DNA of 64,000 nucleotides from Octopus vulgaris. Taxonomy: Eukaryota. The translations under genes and the position numbers were made by a program. Below are positions 57,368-64,000 of this stretch, piece after piece. The notes beneath the pieces were generated by a model. That model saw only the letters and a program-made list of their open reading frames with translations, was not told where the DNA came from and ran no database searches. Where the stretch lies: NCBI GenBank assembly GCA_951406725.2, contig OX597828.1, positions 67,642,001 to 67,706,000 on the forward strand. The letters run 5' to 3'. Positions within the stretch are counted from its first letter, which is position 1; every line of letters begins with the position of its first letter.

Positions 57368-57950
<583 letters not shown>

Positions 57951-58262
57951 TACACCGGGATTCATTAAACATACCCTATGTCCTTGACATCGTATGCCAA
58001 CAAAATCGGTTGGTTGTTATGTGGTTGCTGAACATGCTAGAAACAGAAGCTAAATCTTCTTCAGATTCTTGTCTCGAATTGGTAGACGGACACAATACAG
58101 AGAACAAGACAGGGCGATTGCGATTGTATTGGATCGCATTTCATAACTTTTGCATTTAATCAGTACTGATTGGGTTAAACAAAAAGGACGAGGTGGTCAA
58201 GGGTGGAACCATTCTGATAAAATGATTAATGTTGACATCGCTACAAATATTGACACATCTCA

Positions 58263-58303
<41 letters not shown>

Positions 58304-58425
58304 TACGCGCGCGTATACACCCACACACACGATGCATATAAAAGCAAAATCTCCACGAATTGTAGAAACATTTTCTACAATATATGTGTGCGTGTGTGCG
58401 CGCGCGTGTGTATTGCGTGTGTAGA

Positions 58426-58457
<32 letters not shown>

Positions 58458-58711
58458 AGTGTGTGTGCGTGTGTGTGTGTGTGAATGGTAAATTCCTATG
58501 GAGTCGTGGATCACATACAGTATTGCGGTAGAGTTTAATTCCTTAAATAATTTATTCATTTGATGAGAGTTCACCGGGACTAATTAATTTGGTCGGTTAG
58601 TTTGCCTATTGTTAGTGTGAGTGGAAGAGAGAGAGACTGAACTCTAAATATGTCGAATAAAGAAAATATGGAATGCGTGTGTGTGTGTGTGTGTGTGTGT
58701 GTCTGTCTGTA

Positions 58712-58762
<51 letters not shown>

Positions 58763-59083
58763 ATGTGTGTGTGTGTGTCTGTATGTATGTGTGTGTGTGC
58801 CTGTGTATATGTATGTATGTATGTATGTGTGTATGTATGTGTGTGTGTGTCTGTGTGTATGTATGTATGTGTGTGTGTCTGTATGTATGTGTGTGTGTGT
58901 GTCTGTATGTATGTATGTGTGTGTGTGTGTGTGTACTTATGTGCGCACATAATAAGGAAGCAAATACATAGTTATGTGTGTGTTTATACATATTTGTATT
59001 ATACACATACACGATAGAGATGTATGTATATATGTATACGTACATATGTATGTGTGTGTGGGTGTCTGTGTGTGTGTATACAT

Positions 59084-59484
59084 AGGTGCAGGAATGGCTG
59101 TGGAGTAAGTAGCATGCTTACCAACCACATGGTTCCGGGTTCAGTTCCACTGCGTGGCACCTTGGGCAAGTGACTGCTACTATAGCGTCGGGTCGACCAA
59201 AGCCTTGTGAGTAGATTTGGCAGATGGAAACTGAAAGAAGACCGTCTTCTCTCTATATATATGTGTGTGTGTGTATGTGTGTGTCTGTGTTTCTACCCTT
59301 ACCATCGCTTGACAACAGATGTTGGTATGTTTACGACCCCGTAGCCTAGCAGTTTGGCAAAAGCGACCGATAGAATAAGTACTAGACTTACAAAGAATAA
59401 GTCCTGGGGTCGATTTGTTCGACTGAATGCGGTACTCCAGCATGGTCGCAGTCAAATGACTGAAACATATAAAAGAATAAAAGA
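59084..59484 (+). mobile_element. SINE family B
   Basis: Full head, short internal repeat, tail. Confidence 0.85.
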
Positions 59485-59487
59485 CTA

Positions 59488-59725
59488 TATGTGTGTATGT
59501 ATGTATGTATGTATGTATGTATGTATGTATGTATGTATGTATGTATGTATGTATGTATGTATGTATGTATGTATGTATGTATGTATGTATGTATGTGTGT
59601 GTGTGTATGTATGTATTTATGTATGTATGTATGTATGTATGTATGTATGTGTGTGTGTATGTATGTATGTATGTATGTATGTATGTATGTATGTATGTAT
59701 GTATGTATGTGTGTATGTATGTGTA
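59488..59725. repeat. (TATG)n tetranucleotide array
   Basis: Direct inspection. Confidence 0.97.
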
Positions 59726-60171
59726 TATAGATATTACTGCCGCCCTACAGTGAAATATGTACCATTTATTTCTTACAATAAATTATTTATGGATATAAGC
59801 ATTGGAATATTATTTACCCAGTTGCTATGTTTTGGCTAAACTTTGTGCTGAATGTAAATAAAGTCACACAAACGATTTTGTCATTATTTTGGTTAAGAAA
59901 AAATTCACAGGAAACGAATATCGCATTTCGTTCAAATAACATAAATATTCGCTAAAAGTAATTAAACAAAGAATATTTAAAGTCACTAATTAGTTGACAA
60001 TACATGACTCGTACATAATAACAACATAATTTATATAACGACATGACGTGTCTGTGAAACAGCGAAACAAGAAGTAAATCGAATCATTTACTGAAACTTT
60101 TCCGCCATTTTATATAATAACAACACAATCTGTATAACGGCATTTTAGGTTTGTGAAAAACAGTGAATGCT

Positions 60172-60680
60172 CGTATCTTAGTGGTTGGGGTTTGCGACTC
60201 GCGATCATAAAGTTGTGAGTTCGATACCCGGTGGATACACTTTATTTCACGTTGCTGGAAAATATGAGTAGTTCCTGTATTTCAAAGGGCCAATCAGCTT
60301 TCTCACATTCTGTGTCATGCTGAACCTCCCTGAGAACGACGTTAATGCTACGCGTATGTGTGGAATATGACAGAAACGTTAGTACGCTGAGCGAAATGCT
60401 TAGCGGTATTTCGTCTGCCGTTACGTTATGAGTTCAAATTCCGCCGAGGTCGACTTTGCCTTTAATCCTTTCGGGGTCGATAAATTAAGTACCAGTTACG
60501 CACTGGGGTTGATGTAATCGACTTAATCCCTTTGTCTGTCCTTGTTTGTCCCCTCTGTGTTTAGCCCCTTGTGGGTAGCAAAGAAATAGGTACGCGTATG
60601 TGTGGAATAGAGTGCTCAGCCACTTGCCCGTTAAGTTCACTTGCAGGTTCTTCCGTTGATCAGATCAGCCGGAACCCTGG
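60172..60680 (+). mobile_element. Older tRNA-derived SINE (host of nested insertion)
   Basis: A-box-like cttagtggtt and B-box gagttcgatacc. The body continues after the insert. Confidence 0.55.
60368..60588 (+). mobile_element. SINE family A monomer nested in another SINE
   Basis: 19-bp TSD tacgcgtatgtgtggaata at 60349-60367 and 60591-60609. Confidence 0.9.
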
Positions 60681-61012
60681 AGTGCTAGTGTGAAAACGAA
60701 TCCCTTTTTATTTAAATATCGTAAATATAACAGCAAGAAGTAAACCAAAACATTTATTGAAACTTTGACATTTTTCTTATGACTTTGTTTTCCTAAATTT
60801 GTTTGCACCATCTGAGGACCAAACATTACGCTCACAAATATGTTGCGACTCATTGTATGGATGAGACGTTATAGTTTAGATGTGCTGTGTTTTCTATGAT
60901 CATAGCTTTCTTGTTTAAAGCAGAGTTTCTTATAGGAGAGGGGACTGGCCCCGTTGAAGGGAGTGTGAGGATTAAATAGGGAACGGACAGATCACAATCT
61001 TTTATATCATTC

Positions 61013-61371
61013 GTCTTTTACTTGTTTCAATCATTAGACTGCGGCCATGCTGGGGCACCGCCTTGAGAAATTTTAGTCGAACTAATCGACCCCAGTAATT
61101 ATTTTCTCTTTAAGCCTGGGACTTCTGTCGGTCTCTTGGGTGTGTTTACAGGGATGTAAATACACCAGCACTGGTTACCAAGCGGTAGTGGGCGACAAAC
61201 ACATACGCCAGCAAACACTCACACGCACACATATATATGTGAATGTATGTATGTATGTATGTATGTATGTATGTATGTATGTATGTATGTATGTATGTAT
61301 GTATGTATGTATGTATGTATGTATTTATGTATGTATGTATTTATGTATGTATGTATGTATGTATGCATGTA

Positions 61372-61406
<35 letters not shown>

Positions 61407-61530
61407 GACGGGCTTCTTTCAGTTTCCGTCTAACAAATCTCTCAATGGCTTTGGTCGGCTCGAGGATATAGTAGAAGACGCTTGCCCAAGGTGCCACGCA
61501 GTGGAACCATGTGGCTGCGAAGCCACAGCT
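61013..61530 (-). mobile_element. SINE family B, diverged, internal (TATG)n
   Basis: Reverse-complement tail at 61013-61100; head remnants at 61405-61530. Confidence 0.75.
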
Positions 61531-61722
61531 GGGCCTTTAATAAATTTAGTGTCCAACACCAACACCATGGCGCTTCTGTTTGTATTTTTGTTAATAAACA
61601 AGGGTAGAAAGAAATAATTTCACTGACATGTAGGGGTGAGGACTATTATTTGTCAGTTTGAGAAGTACTGGCTTAAGGGATAATGTATCGATTACTACGG
61701 GGCGTGTGTGGAAACATTAGCC

Positions 61723-61987
61723 CATTGGTTCTCAACCCTTTTTTTGTTTGTGAACCCCTTTGGTTCATATTTTACTCAAGTGGACCCTCACAGCTATTCG
61801 ATGTTTAAAAAATTCCCCTTATATTTTCATGATGAAATATTATTAGCAATTGTAAGGAAAAAAAGTATGGCGTCGAAAAAGTATGGCCACTTTATTGCAC
61901 ATTATTTTTTAATACAAGATCTTATATGGACCCACCAAGGGTCAAATAGAAGCCCAAGGGTCAAATGGACCCAGTTGAGAACCATTG
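61723..61987. mobile_element. hAT (Charlie-type) MITE
   Basis: TIRs cattggttctcaac / gttgagaaccattg (13/14); 8-bp TSD cattagcc / catttgcc (7/8). Confidence 0.82.
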
Positions 61988-62668
61988 CATTTGCCCATGG
62001 TTGATGAGATGATATGGCAATACTTCAGTCATCTTCACTGAACAGAAATAATTGTATGTATGTGTGTGTGTGTGTGTGTGTGTTTACCTGGTATTTATCG
62101 TGTGTAGATACTCAGGGTAAGCAGGAGGCATTAAGGCAATAGACTGTTGACAAAAGACGTAGCCATGATGAGTCAAGGTGCAGGAAATCCTGAGTTTACT
62201 TTAAAGTATTACTGTTTCGCGAGGTTTCTGTGTGCGTTTCTGTGTAGTCATAGCGACCACACTTAGATAAACAAGCAAATGGTTTCTAATGCGTGTACGT
62301 GTGTGTGTGTGTGTCAGTGTGTGTATGTGTGTATGAGTTAGTGTGTCTGTCTATGTAGATGCGAAGCTTTGATATCTACAACCTTTGACCTCAACCGATG
62401 GCACCACGAGATCAGGACCAAACAATTAAGACCAATGAAATGTTTATTCCCTTCTAACAAGAACAAAATGTGTTGATGGTGGCGATGGGGACGTTGGTGG
62501 TATTGTGGTTGCTGATGTTCTTGTTGCCGGTCGTAGTAGTGTGGTGGTAGTGCGTTGTTGCTGGTGGTGGTGTGACGGTGGTAGTGGGGATAAACGTGTT
62601 GAGGCGTTTGTTGAAGATGGCGATGAGGTTACAGTGTGGCTGTGTGTGTGTGTCAGTGTGTGTGTGTG

Positions 62669-62718
<50 letters not shown>

Positions 62719-62742
62719 GTGTGTGTATGTGTGTGTGTGTGC

Positions 62743-62785
<43 letters not shown>

Positions 62786-63470
62786 TGTGTGTATGAGTGT
62801 ATGTGTGTTCTTTTGTTCTGATATAGTATATAATGTGTAGTTTTGAAATTTAAAATTTAGATAAGAGCGTCCACCAAATTGTTTAAACAGTTCTTGTTTT
62901 CTGAAAGAAAGAAAATGTCATTAGCCATATAATTTACTTTTTTATTTTGATTATTTATTTATATATTTATTTGCATTATTGCAGCTCCTTTAAGTAACAC
63001 ACACACACACACACACAAGCAGAAGCACACACATACACACCAGTTGCACACACACGCATACACGCACACAAACATACACACACCAACACATAAACACACA
63101 CGCGCACACCCACACGCACAAACACACACCTAAAACACACACATACACACATGACTGTAAGTACAATTTCTTCATACAGCCCTAAATGTCCGACGTTCTT
63201 AGGGGCAATGAAATGTTTTGTAATTAATGTTTAGTGGCAGATAAAATGGTTGTTTTCAATGGCTTCTAACGTAGAGGCATGGTCAGAAACTTTGAAGGAA
63301 TTGGGCGGGGTGAGATCCCAGTCAGCGAGTTTAGCAGACCCATTCTAAGCAAAATGCCCAGCATTTCTTCTGGTCTTTTAGATTAGTAATTCAAGTTACG
63401 TCGAGGTCGACTTTGTCTTTCGTCTTTTCAGGGTCGATAAATAAAGTACCAGTAGACACTAGGACTGACT

Positions 63471-63692
63471 TACGAGCGGGTGCTGAAAAGTTCCTGGACC
63501 GTAGTATACTTTTTTAAAGTTTGCTCTTTTGTAATTTTGTTACTATAACCAGTGCCCTCAGTTATTACTGGTACTTGGTTTTCACTTCTAGATCTTTACA
63601 GCCTGCAAACTTCAGTTTCAAGTTCCTTCTACGGATTAGCTTTATCCGTTCAGTCCTGAATCAACGATTATTCTTTTCTGACAAAATCGAAA
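63471..63692 (+). mobile_element. Tc1/mariner 5' end remnant
   Basis: TA + cgagcgggtgctgaaaagttcctgg resembles a mariner TIR; gacaaaatcgaa (DKIE) lies at the expected transposase start. No partner TIR in the window. Confidence 0.5.
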
Positions 63693-64000
63693 CTGAAGCT
63701 TCTGTGAGTAAGTAGAGATGGGTGAGAGGGGCTTCATTATCCCCAACCCCCCAATCTCATATACTTTGCCCAAACAACAAACACAAAGAAATACATCCTT
63801 TAATCCTGTCACTTGTAACCAATGAACGAATTACTTTCGAGCAGGTTCCCCAAATAAATGCTCTTCTTGTTTAACATCTGAACTTTTGTCTTAACCAATA
63901 GTCCACCGCTACCACCACCACCGCCGCCGCCGCCGCCACCACCACCAGAACTACAACAACAACAACAATATCAACATCATCACCACCACAACAACCGCCG

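Overview
AT-rich, microsatellite-saturated animal genomic DNA. The SINE families and repeat style point to an octopod cephalopod (inference from repeat content). No host protein-coding gene can be firmly supported, and most of the ORF track is translated microsatellite. About 60% of the window is one ~19 kb block present twice (3507-22718 and 22819-40993) either side of a 100-N gap, most likely an uncollapsed contig/haplotype overlap. The real content is mobile DNA: a 5'-truncated but open Penelope-like (Naiad-type) RT+GIY-YIG ORF with a variant hammerhead downstream, RTE and Tx1/L1 LINE remnants, several tRNA-derived SINE families (some in fixed-junction multimers), a hAT MITE and a mariner end. 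The most notable signal is an ~840 bp terminally redundant non-coding element at two independent loci. It carries all three hammerhead-ribozyme strands (GUC site, CUGAAGA, GAAA) with conserved or covarying helices, but in a non-circularly permuted order.
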